41,488 bases of DNA from Octopus sinensis. Lineage: Eukaryota. Each line of letters starts with the position of its first letter. Positions within the stretch are counted from its first letter, which is position 1. Of the stretch, positions 10,837 to 23,107 are shown piece by piece. Under the pieces are notes generated by a model. That model ran no database searches. It had not been told where the DNA came from and was given only the letters and a program-made list of their open reading frames with translations. A program made the translations under genes and the position numbers. The DNA lies in assembly GCF_006345805.1 (NCBI RefSeq), contig NW_021832530.1, positions 1-41,488 of the forward strand, in the 5' to 3' direction.

Positions 10837-11351
10837 ATTGTACTTGCCAAAGATCCCCAAGTCCCCAGAGATTAGTAACTGGAGAAGCACTAACCTAGGG
10901 CATAAATACTCATCCTCTCACACACACAAAAAATGGATCTCAGTCTACATCGTTATTTCAGCAGAAAAATTTCCAGAGAAAGAGAGAGAGAGAGCGCCAG
11001 GAAGTAAATGGGAAAGAAAAACCAATTACACCAGAGGCGGTGTCACAACATCTGACTGAAGTGGAGAACAAAATAAGTTAAAACGTAACGAACATTAATT
11101 AATGTTATAAAATGAATGATTGTAGCTTGATACTGGAAATTTATCAAAATATTGCCTCTGAGAAAACTGGTATATCTTGTCTCGGAAATCTAAATATAAT
11201 TGAAGATGAAATAAAATGATGTGTTGAAAAATGTATCTATTTCTAAATAAAAACTATTATAATGGGAAATAACTTTGTCAAGGTTGCCTCCCTTAGCTAA
11301 TCTCTTATTTTCATTTTTTTTCTTGGCAAATATTTAGTACGCTTATTTTTA

Positions 11352-11950
11352 AGGCGGTGAGCTGGCTGAAACGTTAGCACGCCGGGCGAAATGCTTAGTA
11401 GTATTTCGCCTGCCGTTACATTCTGAGTTCAAATTCCGCCGAGGTCGACTTTGCCTTTCATCCTTTCGGGGTCGATGAAAAGAGTACCAGTTACGCACTG
11501 GGGTCGATGTAATCGACTCAATCCGTTTGTCTGTCCTTGTTTGTCCTCTCTGTGTTTAGCCCCTTGTGGGTAGTAAAGAAATAGGTATTTCGTCTGCCGT
11601 TACGTTCTGAGTTCAAATTCCGCCGAGGTCGACTTTGCCTTTCATCCTTTCGGGGTCGATAAATTAAGTACCAGTTACGCACTGGGGTTGATGTAATCGG
11701 TTTAATCCGTTTGTCTGTCCTTGTTTGTCCCCTCTGTGTTTAGCCCCTTGTGGGTAGTAAAGAAATGGGTATTTCGTCTGCCGTTACGTTCTGAGTTCAA
11801 ATTCCGCCGAGGTCGACTTTGCCTTTCGTCCTTTCGGGGTCGATTAAATAAGTACCAGTTACGCACTGGGGTCGATGTTATCGGTTTAATCCGTTTGTCT
11901 GTCCTTGTTTGTCCCCTCTATGTTTAGTCCCCTGTGGGCAAAAAAGAAAT
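11352..11950 (+). mobile_element. tRNA-derived SINE (octopus OR-like, Meta-like central domain) with three tandem 184-bp bodies
   Basis: Head aggcggtgagctggc, B-box-like GAGTTCAAATTCC; body gtcgactttgcctttcatcctttcggggtcgat repeats with unit starts at 11401, 11585 and 11769. Confidence 0.85.
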
Positions 11951-12310
11951 AAATATTTAATACGTTTGTGCATTGTTATTAAAACGTTGGATAAAACGCC
12001 TGGCATTTCGTGTCAGAGTTCAAATCCCACTGTAGACCCCTTCGTCTTAAAATCTTGGGTGGTTGATAACCCTACCAATTATTAGGGCCGATTTTATCGA
12101 TCAAGTCGCAACCTCAAATTTCTGCCATGCATTTCCTCCATTGACTTCCTTCTATGTTACATAAACAGTTATGAACACGGGCAAAATGAGAAACTCGCGT
12201 TACGGAATTCCACGTTAAAGCAAGATTTACAAGGCAATTACTCTCAGTAGGGTGAGGATACCCGTCTCTCATTCTGTTCCTCTCTCACTCTTTCTCTTCT
12301 TCGCTCTAGC

Positions 12311-12926
12311 TATACATACATACATACATACAAACATACATACATACATACAAACATACATACATACATACATACATACATACATACATACATACAAACA
12401 TACATACATACATACATACATACATACATACATACATACATTCATACATACATACATACATTCATGCATGCATGCATGCATGCATACATACATACATACA
12501 TACATACATTCATTCATACATACATACATACATACATACATACATACATACATACATACATACATACATTCATGCATGCATGCATGCATACATCATACAT
12601 ACATACATACATACATTCATTCATACATACATACATACATACATACATACATACATTCATACATACATACATTCATGCATGCATGCATGCATACATACAT
12701 ACATACATACATACAAACATACATACATACATACATACATACATACATACATACATACATACCTACATACATACATACATACATACATACATTCATTCAT
12801 ACATACATACATACATACATACAAACACACATACATACGTACATACATACATACATACACACACACAAACACAAACACACACACATATGTGTACCCCCCC
12901 CGCACGCACACTCACACACGCACGCA

Positions 12927-12978
<52 letters not shown>
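12311..12978. repeat. (TACA)n / (CA)n microsatellite
   Basis: Directly visible; source of the HTYI/MYVC pseudo-ORFs. Confidence 0.97.
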
Positions 12979-12980
<2 letters not shown>

Positions 12981-13023
12981 TATTCATTTATGATCCTTCA
13001 AAGAAGAATATTGTTGACAGTGA

Positions 13024-13060
13024 CTTCGACGTTTCGGCTAGCTAACACTTCGTCAGAACT
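13024..13060 (-). ncRNA. Degenerate hammerhead-like motif
   Basis: Minus strand CUGACGA-AGUGUUAGCUAGCC-GAAAC-GUC; core intact but stems I and II are weak. Confidence 0.35.
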
Positions 13061-13242
13061 GTTTCGCTATAGAGTTCAAAACCCTCCCTTACGTGTGTGC
13101 GTTTGAGTGAAGTGGTAAGTAGATTTTTTTTCGGGATTGGTCTTTTATCGATTAAATTTGGGGTCATGTTATTGCTTAGAATCCATTCATGCATGTATCC
13201 AATAAAACAACGTGTGTAGGTGTTTCCCTAGAAGAAGGGTTT

Positions 13243-13470
13243 TATTCTTTTGCTCTTTTATGCTCTTGTATATTCTTTTACTTGTTTCAGTCATCTCACT
13301 GCGGCCATGCTAGAGCACCGCCTTCTAGTCGAGCTAATAAATCCCAGGACTTATTCCTTGTAAGCCTACTACTTATTTTATCGGGCTCTTATTTCATCCG
13401 ACCCGCTAAGTTACGGGGACGTAAATATTCCATCATCCGTTGTCAAACGATGTTGGGCGGCGGACACAGA
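13243..13470 (-). mobile_element. CORE-like tRNA SINE, 3' half only
   Basis: Homologous to the 3' part of 31061-31477 (gcggccatgctagagcaccgcc, ggggacgtaaa) with (aagagta)-type tail. Confidence 0.7.
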
Positions 13471-13500
13471 CACACACACACATACACACACACACACACA

Positions 13501-13583
<83 letters not shown>

Positions 13584-13736
13584 CCTAATGACATATGGTC
13601 TGACAGCATTTCTATTGTTTTTTATCATTCTTGGATTTAATCCTCTTGCTTTCACAATATAAATGTCAAAGATATGAAGTCAAGTACTGAAGCCCTTAGT
13701 AATTAGGTAGATGGTAAGTTTTAGTGCTTTATTTCT

Positions 13737-14125
13737 TTATACTCTTTACTCTCTTACTTGTTTCAGTGATTTGACTGCGGCCATGCTGCAGCACAGCCTT
13801 TAGTCGAGTAAATCGACCACAGGACTTATTCTTTATAAGCCTAGTACTTATTCTGCCCGTCTCTTTTTGCTGAACCACTAAGTGACGGGGACGTAAACAT
13901 ACCAGCATTGGTTGTCAAGCGATGCTGGGGGGACAAACAGACACACAAACATACACACGCGCGCGCGCGCGACGGGCTTCTTTTAGTTTCCGTCTACCAA
14001 AATCCACTCACAAGTCTTTGGTCGGCCCAAGGCAATAGTCGAAGACACTTGCCCAAGGTGCCACGCAGTGGGACTGAACCTGGGAATCCTGTGGTAGGTA
14101 AGCATGCTACATACCACACACCCAC
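13737..14125 (-). mobile_element. CORE-like tRNA-derived SINE, full length
   Basis: Reverse-complement homolog of 31061-31477, including acttgcccaaggtgccacgcagtgggactgaacc. Confidence 0.85.
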
Positions 14126-14492
14126 ATATTTCTTTCTATGTGTTCCTTTTTCTATAAGCAGTTCTGGTTAGTGTAACTTTGATTGTCAAAGCATAAGGAT
14201 TAAACCCAATAATACAAAAAAAAAACATCAAAAATATTGTCACACCTTGTGTTGACCTAAATAAAGGGAAACGCGTGTTTACAAAGTTCTACATGGAATA
14301 ATAAATTCTAAACAATAACATAACTCCAAATTTAATCAATAAAATCTTCTGCAAAACACCTTTCCCTAACAAGCAACCATAACAACTTAATTACAACTCT
14401 ATTCAAACCCACACGTCCCAAAGAAGATTTTAACCCAACAGAAAGAGAGAGACTATATAAAAGCAAGACTAACTTTATTGCATCTCAGTCCG

Positions 14493-14605
<113 letters not shown>

Positions 14606-14667
14606 TTATATGTATATATACATATATTTACACACAACACACACACACACACACACACACGAACACA

Positions 14668-14809
14668 CCAGAGTAAGCATATAAATGCGAAACAAGGTGG
14701 AAGAAATTAGTACTCGAATACCAGAGGTAGAGTAATATGCTTTATTAAAAAGCATCAAAAATATCACAAAAACTGTTCTTTTGATATTTCTGCTGCTTTT
14801 TAATAAAAT
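14668..14809. mobile_element. Short hairpin-terminated repeat (copy 2)
   Basis: Homolog of 9261-9403; inverted repeats 14741-14754 / 14794-14807 and 14758-14765 / 14782-14789 with a different loop. Confidence 0.55.
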
Positions 14810-14851
14810 ACATACATACATACATACATACACACACCACACACACATATA

Positions 14852-14891
<40 letters not shown>

Positions 14892-14954
14892 GTATATACA
14901 TATATTATATATATACATACATACATATATATATCTATATACATACATACATAC

Positions 14955-15010
<56 letters not shown>

Positions 15011-15094
15011 ATATATAATATATATATATATACATACCTATATTTACACACACACGCGCACACGCACACGCACATTCAGTTATTTCAGCTCCCT

Positions 15095-15172
15095 CTACCA
15101 AACACACTGGCGAGGCTGAACCTAGAACCATGTGATTGCAAAGCAAACTTACCACACAGCCACACCTGCTCC
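15095..15172 (-). mobile_element. CORE-like SINE head fragment
   Basis: ctgaacctagaaccatgtgattgc...accacacagccacacctgctcct matches the reverse of the 31061 head. Confidence 0.55.
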
Positions 15173-15540
15173 TTCCTATTAGCAATATTTTTATGTCAAA
15201 AATTATTTCCCTCCTCCAAGAATCCCCTCTGAAATCCTAAATTTATCCCCGCCCCGTACCGAGTATGAATTTCCACAGGTAAACAGCGCAGATTTTAATC
15301 GAGTATTATTCATAACTTAAAATATGAAAATGTTTTGCCATTCACTGAAAGGAATTGAAAATGTGTATTACAACACCAGTTGTCTCCCTTAGATCATTTT
15401 TCTAAGATTCGATTTCTACAGGTTTTTTCCCCTCTATATAAATTATTCCAGATCTTCAACGTAAAATAGTTCATATTAAGATATTAATTAAAAAAAAAAA
15501 AACTATTAGAATTCATTTGTGGATTAATGTAAAAAAATGT

Positions 15541-15690
15541 AGACAGGCGTACCTATGTGTTAATTATATTCTTTCCCATCCATATGAAGGTGGGTTCAGT
15601 CCTACTACGTGGCAAATTTGTCTTCTGCTTTGGCCCTGGGCTAACCAAAGTCTTCTGAGTGGATTGGTAGATGGAAGCTGAAAGAAGTAT
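15541..15690 (+). mobile_element. Degenerate CORE-like SINE 5' part
   Basis: gggttcagtcctactacgtggca...ccaaagtcttctgagtggattggtagatggaagctgaaagaag resembles 31110-31220. Confidence 0.6.
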
Positions 15691-15752
15691 ATAACTCCTT
15701 ACTAAATGTGTTGAGTGCCTTATTCTTTCGTTTGTCCATTCACTCGTGTATA

Positions 15753-16054
15753 TCTTTATATATAAAAGTGAGGTTGTGTGCTGTCTGTCTCCTACGATTT
15801 AGATTCCTAACTACTCCCACATTTTGCGGTGCAGTTTAACCAAAACCGGGTATCTTATAGTCGTGATTCATATCGAGCCCTTCTGGGTATTAGCGCTCGT
15901 CTACGATGAGTCTACGATTTAAAAAAAAAATTTACCATAATTTTTTTTCCATTTTTAATGCATTTTTTTGCTATTTTTTTGGCTATAACTCTCTAAAAAT
16001 GCTTATATAATTATTTCCCTTACAAACCCGAGCAACGCCGGGCGATACTGCTAG
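15753..16054 (+). mobile_element. Non-autonomous Helitron, 302-bp form
   Basis: A|TC start, subterminal hairpin cccgagcaacgccggg, CTAG|T end; homologous to three other copies. Confidence 0.8.
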
Positions 16055-16473
16055 TATCTAACATAATAAATGCGAACATCAGTGAGTCAGTGTGTCACAT
16101 ATCATACCATTTTGGAATCAGGCCGACTCTGCGAGTAATGTTAAAACATTCTGGTCCGAATCTGGACCCGCAATCCTGAAATTTTAGATTCCCAAGTTTT
16201 TCATTATTGTGATTGTTTTTGGCGACTTTTTTTACGTGATTTTTTGCGATGAATTCTTTTGTACGATAACAATTTTTATAACTAGGAAATAAATTTTGGG
16301 ACTAATCGAAATTAATTGCGAAATCTAGCGATTATTTTCGGACGTTTTTTTTTATGACCCTGGAGGAAGCAATTGCAACAAATTCTCCAAAACAAGTCAG
16401 AGATCTGTGTTGCAGATCTTCCCATTCGGGGTCAGTTGCTTAAAAGCTATATACTAGCTTAAAAGCCGCCCGA

Positions 16474-16477
16474 TATA

Positions 16478-16513
<36 letters not shown>

Positions 16514-17296
16514 TGTATGTATGTATGAATGTATGTATGTATGTGTATGTATGTATGTATGTATGTATGTATGTATGTATGTATGTATGTGTGTGTGTGT
16601 ATGTATGTGTGTGTGTATGTATGTATGTATGTATGTATGTATGTATATGTGTATGTATGTATGTATGTATGTATGTATATGTGTATGTATGTATGTATGT
16701 GTGTGTGTATGTATGTATGCATGTATGTATGTATGTATGTATGTATGTATGTATGTATGTATGTATGTATATGTGTATGTATGTATGTATGTGTGTGTGT
16801 ATGTATGTATGCATGCATGTATGTATGTATGTATGTATGTATGTATGTATGTATGTATGTATGCATGTATGTATGTATGTATGTACGTATGTATGTATGT
16901 ATGTATGTACGTATGTATGTATGTATGTATGTATGTATGTATGTATGTATGTATGTATGTATGTATGTATGCATGTATGTATGTATGTATGTATGTATGC
17001 ATGTATGTATGTATGTATGTACGTATGTATGTATGTATGTATGTATGTATGTATGTATGTATGTATATGTGTATGTATGTATGTGTGTGTATGTATGTAA
17101 GTATGTATGTATGTATGAATGTATGTATGTATGTATGTATGTATGTATGTATGTGTGTGTGTATGTATGTGTGTGTGTATGTATGTATGTATGTATGTAT
17201 GCATGAATGTATGTATGCATGTGTGTGTGTGTGTGTGTATGTATGTGTGTGTGTGTATGTATGTATGTATGTATGTATGTATGTATGTATGTATAA
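16474..17296. repeat. ~820-bp (TATG)n / (TG)n microsatellite array
   Basis: Directly visible. Confidence 0.97.
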
Positions 17297-17312
17297 TTAA
17301 TTAATTAATTAA

Positions 17313-17561
17313 TTAGAATAAATACGGAGAAAAAAGACAAAAAGAAAAAAACAACGCGAGACGTGGTACATGCAAAATATTAATAAGACACTCAGAGTGC
17401 AAATCACTTCTTCGGAAACAGGAGACATAAAAAAGTTCAAAAGAAAAGGAAGAAGAAGGGGGTGGGGATCGTCAACGAATGAGGCTAGTTAATTTTACCT
17501 GAAGACGGGGATTTTATGTTATGTTGTAATTTATGAACACATCAATAAAGCCCTACCGAAT
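17313..17561 (-). mobile_element. Diverged copy of the 10576-10793 repeat, plus a truncated HHR-like motif
   Basis: 17340-17485 aligns by eye to the reverse complement of 10590-10780; a separate CUGAAGA..CCGAA on + at 17499-17560 is cut off by (TA)n. Confidence 0.4.
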
Positions 17562-17575
17562 TATATATATATATA

Positions 17576-17637
<62 letters not shown>

Positions 17638-17708
17638 TGTATGTATGTATGTATGTATGTATGTATGTATTGTGAGAAGAGGGATATAATGAATTTTTTT
17701 ATGTAAAA

Positions 17709-18102
17709 CTAGCAGTATCGCCCGGCGTTGCTTGGCTTTGTAAGGGAAATAACTATAAAGCATTTTTAGAGAGTTATAGCCTAAAAATAGCAAAAAAATG
17801 CATTAAAAATGGAAAAAAAATGATGGTAAATTTTTTTTAAATCGTTGACTCATCGTAGACATTTTTAGAGAGTTACTTCCCTTATATAATAGCGAAAATG
17901 CATTAAAATGGAAATAAATGATGGTAAATTATTTTTAAAATCGTAGACTCGTCGTAGACGCGCGCTAATACCCAGAAGGGCTCGATATGAATCACGAGTA
18001 TAAGATACCCGGTTTTGGTTAAACTGCACCGCAAAATGTGGGAGTGGTTAGGAATCTAAATCGTAGGAGACAGACACACAACCTTACTTTTATATATAAA
18101 GA
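17709..18102 (-). mobile_element. Non-autonomous Helitron, 394-bp form with ~90-bp internal duplication
   Basis: Minus-strand A|TC ... hairpin ... CTAG|T; atttttagagagtta...atcgt block present twice. Confidence 0.8.
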
Positions 18103-18788
18103 TGACAAGACTGATTCCTTCAGGTGCGTTTTATGGTAAATTTCCTTTAACTCCATCCGATGTTGCAGTTTATTTCTTTGCTACTTACAGTGTAAATTAC
18201 AATATTGAAAATACAAAGAACGAATGCTTATTTCCAGTAAGTTTATTCATAATAACTGGAAATAAACATGAAGATTGAACGTTCAGATTCTTCATTCTCC
18301 TAGTTATCAATAATATATATATATTTATTTTAATTCGTATTTTTTATTTTTTTATTTTTACCTTTATTTTTAATTAAAAAAAAAAATTTTTTGTAATTTT
18401 TTTATTTGAATTAAATTATGGCTTGTACAGTAGGGTCCGGCGAACCTATTTTACACATACGTATTTGTTTAAAAAAATTAAAATATAGTTTTTAGTATCA
18501 AACTATGATAAAGTGATGTGGAGGCATGATGATTGGGGTTATATTTTAAGAATCGTTCCAGTAAAACACGGCGTGGTTAAGGAACCGTAAAAGAACCTCA
18601 AGAAACAAATGTAGCCAAGATATATGTAGTAAGTATTAAATTAAATTAAAATTCTTTTATATGGTGGGATGAAGAGGCCTACTATCTCTAAATGAAAAAA
18701 TATATATTTCCTCATTGAGAATAATTTGAACCCCTGTTATGCCGGAATTTTTATTCCCTAACAAATAAAATTCAATATATATATATAA

Positions 18789-19184
18789 CTAGCAGTATCG
18801 CCCGGCGTTGCTCGGGTTTGTAAGGGAAATAACTATAAAGTATTTTTAGAGAGTTATAGCAAAAAAATAGCAAAAAGATGCATTAAAAATGGAAAAAAAA
18901 TTATGGTAAATTTTTAAAAAAATCGTTGACTCATCGTAGACATTTTTAGAGAGTTACTTCCCTTATATAATAGCAAAAAATGCATTAAAGTGGAAAAAAA
19001 TGATGGTAAATTTTTAAAAAAATCGTAGACTCATCGTAGACGCGCGCTAATACCCAAAAGGGCTCGATATGAATCACGACTATAAGATATCCGGTTTTGG
19101 TTAAACTGCACCGCAAAATGTGGGAGTAGTTAGGAATCTAAATCGTAGGAGACAGACACACAACTTCACTTTTATATATAAAGA
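18789..19184 (-). mobile_element. Non-autonomous Helitron, 396-bp form with internal duplication
   Basis: Near-identical to 17709-18102 with the same termini. Confidence 0.8.
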
Positions 19185-19249
19185 TTAAAGACCAAACAAA
19201 GAAAAAAAATTATTAATAATAATGTTTTCAAATTTTGGTACAAGACCGG

Positions 19250-19432
19250 TAATTTTAGGAGAGGCACAAGTCGATTACATCGCTTCTGGTTTTCAGTTGG
19301 TATTTCATCGATCCCCAGAGGATGAAAAGCAAGGTCGACATCTACGGCACTTGAACTCAGAACGTATAGAACCAGAAGAGATGCAATGAAGCAGGTTGTC
19401 CGATGCAGTCAGAATTCTGCCAGCTTGCCAAG
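19250..19432 (-). mobile_element. Degenerate OR-like (Meta-like) SINE
   Basis: gtcgattacatcg, ggatgaaaagcaaggtcgac, ttgaactcagaacg and ttctgccagcttgcc match the family on the minus strand. Confidence 0.6.
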
Positions 19433-20587
19433 AGGAATTTGGGATGTAACAATGGCACACATTGCTGCAGAATGTTTCATGCTGGCACGGGGAGAATAAA
19501 AGAAATGGAGAAATGATCAAATTGTGAAAGTTATACACTGGAAGCTTTGTCAAATACAGTGAAGCAGGGAGTATGAGGTAAAATTATTGGATAAAAAGAG
19601 TTCTTGAGTCAAAAACATACAAGATTTTGCGTGACTTAAGCCAGACATTACAGTTACAGACAAGGAAAATCGAATTTACTTACTGATTGATCCATCACAT
19701 CCATTTACTACTAGGATTGTGTGGAAAGTAGAAAAGTTGAAAAATACAACCTCTTAAAATTTTGAGATTTTGAGGATTTAGAATATGAAATCTGTGGATC
19801 GTACCTGCGATAATTGGTACATTATACATAGTTGGTACATTATTGGTACATAATTGTGAGCAAGAAAAAAGATAAATGGATAAAGGAGATTGGAATAGAA
19901 TGTCTTGTACAATCCCTATAGGTTTGCTTCTCAGGAACAGAGTAAATCATCAGAAAAGGTTTCAGCACTTGATGTCCTATTGAAGTCTTGTAGGTGTCTA
20001 AAATTACTGGAAGTATCCTGCTTCCCACATAAATTCTGCCAGGAATAAGACCAAACCTGAGTTAACAGGCGCTAGCTCTCATGGATTCTGATCTTAACTG
20101 ATTGGAAGTGTTATCATATACATTGACTTGTCTTGGTATAAAAGATGGGCTACAGCAAATACGACAGATTTGCTTGTCAGTTTTTGACCATAACCAGTTG
20201 AACATGTCCCTTAGAGGCTGACGATATGTGCATCTCTGATCAAGAGCAGAACTAGTGGGGGAGCATCATAGCCATGTGTTGAGAGGAATTCTTAAGGGTT
20301 TGAATAATTCGCCTTTGGAAACTTGCGTGTTTCGTTCAGCATCCTTAAACAACCCTTATTCAGGGACCTTTTGAGTGGAATGAGCTACTCGACTTGAAAA
20401 AAATTCTAACTGGGCCCCATCTGCAAGGTCATGCGCTGTTTATCTTGATATGAGATCACCATGTCGCGTCCATATGGTTGTGATGAATGTCTCTGGTGTA
20501 CCCTTATCAGATGGGTAGTTATGATGCGTATACTGGGCTTCGTATATTTTACCCTAGTGTCACTTTGATGGCACGTGCTGCTCTCAC
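19433..20587 (+). mobile_element. R4/Dong-clade LINE 3' fragment (degenerate RLE) with ~600-nt 3' UTR
   Basis: AHIAAEC.MLA, VIHWKLC, LLID, EKVEKY motifs with stops; 20066-20587 matches 28690-29226; (CAA/TAA)n tail follows. Confidence 0.65.
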
Positions 20588-20611
20588 AACAACAACAACA
20601 ACAATAATAAA

Positions 20612-22118
20612 TATAGTTTTAACATCATTAACTGGAACTCCAATGCCTGGACAGGAAGACAAGAAAACTACTAACATCTAAGAACATGCACCATGCACCA
20701 CCCAAAAGCAGACGTTGATCATCTGTACCTGCCTAGAAGTAATGGGGGAAGAGGAATGATGCAGGTAGAACTTTTCTATAAGACCTCTACAATAGCAATG
20801 AACAGGTACTTATCTAGTACAGAAGACTGGATACTGCAGTTTGTGTGCAAACAGGAAAGCAGCAAAAAGTTACATTCTATTCTCAAGGAAGCATGCAAAT
20901 TTGCAAGCGAAGTTGGCATTAACCCTGAATTAGATAAAGAACCTGAAACCACAGCCACGAAAAAAGCAAACCAGATCAAACAGCATGCAAAAAAAGAACA
21001 GGTCGAAACAAATTGAGGAGCAGTGGAACCAGAAGCCTCTGTATGGACTGTATATACTTCGAAGTTGAAATGCTGATGTAGACCAAGCAACAACCTATCA
21101 GTGGCTGAGAAGCTCAGGACTGAAAGCAGAGACTGAAGGTTTCATATTGGCGGCACAAGCTCAAAGCTTGCTTACCAAAAAGTACCAGGTTAATGTTCTT
21201 CAAAATGGTTCTGACCCTAAATGCAGATTCTGCGACAAATTTGATGAAACAGTAGACCATCTAATCTCGGGATGCTCTGTGCTAACACCAAACGAATACA
21301 AAAATCGTCACGATAATGTAGGACAGTATTTACATTGGAAAATATGTAAACACTACAAAATCATCACTCCTGCTTACTAGCATGGTCATCATCCTGAGCC
21401 AATCGTTGAAGGTAAAAACGTCACCATCATCTGGGATTTTCTAGTCAACACCTACAAAAGGATCCAGGATAATCGACCAGACATAGTCATTAAAGACGAG
21501 GAAGAAAATACTTGTAGACTAATAGATAAAGAATTAGATAAAGATCCTGAAACCACAGCCACGAAAAAAGCAAACCAGATCAAACAGAATGCAAAAAAGA
21601 ACAGGTCGAAACAAATTGAGGAGCAGTGGAACCAGAAGCCTCTGCATGGACTGTATATACTTCGAAGTTGAAATGCTAATGTAGACCAAGCAACAACCTA
21701 TCCCACTGATAGAAATAATTTGTGAAGGAATTTGACAAATTAAGTAAATATAAGGACCTGGAAATTGAAATACAAAAGATGTGGCATCTTAAAGAGAGAA
21801 CTGTTCCTGTTATTGTGGGTGCCCTAGGTATGATAACAAAAAAAAAGGGGATGTCAGGAATACCAAGATAATATCCCAGGAGAACCATGTCTCAGAGAAA
21901 TCCGAAAGATTGTGCTGACAAGCACTGCTCACATTATAGGAAAACCCTATCTATTTAAATGTCTATTTGTATTACATGAAAATATTTCGCTACTGCCCCT
22001 GCCACTTCCCCTCCCCAAGCTTTCAGTCACCCTGTAACATCTCTTATCCTTCACTCGCCCTAGGACGCTGGGTGTGTCTCGGCAAGTGATTGTAGGAAAC
22101 ATGCATATTAAAAGTAAG
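20612..22118 (+). mobile_element. R4/Dong-clade LINE 3' fragment with internal 173-bp duplication
   Basis: HHPKADVDHLYLPRSNGGRG, CRFCDKFDETVDHLISGC, RHDNVGQYLHW, NRPD, KYKDL, VPVIVGALG; 20927-21099 repeated at 21531-21702. Confidence 0.85.
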
Positions 22119-22119
22119 T

Positions 22120-22174
22120 AATCATAATAACAACAGCAACAACAACGACGACGACGACGACGATGATAATGATA

Positions 22175-22239
<65 letters not shown>

Positions 22240-22278
22240 AACATCAACAACAGCAACAGCAACAGAAACAACAACAAC

Positions 22279-22333
<55 letters not shown>
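22120..22333. repeat. Compound trinucleotide tract (CAA)(GAC)(GAT)n(CAA)(AAT)n
   Basis: Directly visible. Confidence 0.95.
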
Positions 22334-23107
22334 GACAGAGGATGGACGTATTTTTACGATGCTCTGAACTGGCAACAGCGAACCCAGCAGGACAACTGTA
22401 GAAAACTGGAAGATCTACTGTTTACTGTAAGTAATTTGAATTACCCTCAAAATAAGTAAAAAAAAAAACTTACATATCTACAGCTCATACAAACGTACAC
22501 CTAACAAGAAAAATTAGAAACATAAATATCTCCAATTCTGTGTGAACATTTACATTTAGTCGTCTCTCATGACGATAAGAATGTGTAAAATTGCCTTTTA
22601 AATTACCTTTTATTGTAACAACACAATTAAATGCACGATAAAAAGTTATGGAATTAAGCACCTACTACTATATACATACAACTGAATTCAGAAATTTAAA
22701 ATTATATACATAACATTGAACTCAGAAAGTTATTTAAAAAAAAAAAAAAAAATCTTCGACGAAAACATCAGATAATATGTGTGAGTGAATATACATATAT
22801 ATACATATACATATGCATGTGGGTGAGAAGAAAAGAGAAAGGAAAAAAAATAAATAAATAAATAAATAAACGTAAACAGGTTTGACCTTTTACTGACCAT
22901 TAACGTCCTTTGTCTCCACCATCTACCGTGGCTATTTATAGACCCAAAGAACATGAATTCTTTAACCACCCATTCTCCAACACAATGGAGTGTTGATGGT
23001 GGCTGTGGCTACACATAAAACAATGTCATTGAAGATGATGATGGTGATGGTGATGTGCTGATGATGGTGGTGATGGTGGTGAAGATGATAGTAATAACAA
23101 TAATAAC

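Noticed and set aside
10838-11090. Possible exon (QQKNFQRKRERERQEVNGKEKPITPEAVSQHLTEVENKIS*)
   Set aside because: Short, includes an AG microsatellite, has no recognisable motif, and splice-like signals occur on both strands
11401-11950. Regular 184-bp repeats as a CRISPR-like array
   Set aside because: Contiguous SINE bodies with no unique spacers, in a eukaryotic context
12252-13106. Long ORFs (up to 284 aa) of HTYI/MYVC type, also at 16440-17304, 14745-15185 and 40006-41311
   Set aside because: Pure translations of (TACA)n, (TA)n and (CA)n, which lack stop codons in several frames
18427-18450. cagtagggtccggcgaacct as a hAT-like terminal repeat
   Set aside because: No matching second terminus or TSD found
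22163-22459. Poly-Met/Ile ORF, and similar poly-His/Thr/Ser ORFs at 29448-29838 and 33713-34274
   Set aside because: Trinucleotide microsatellites
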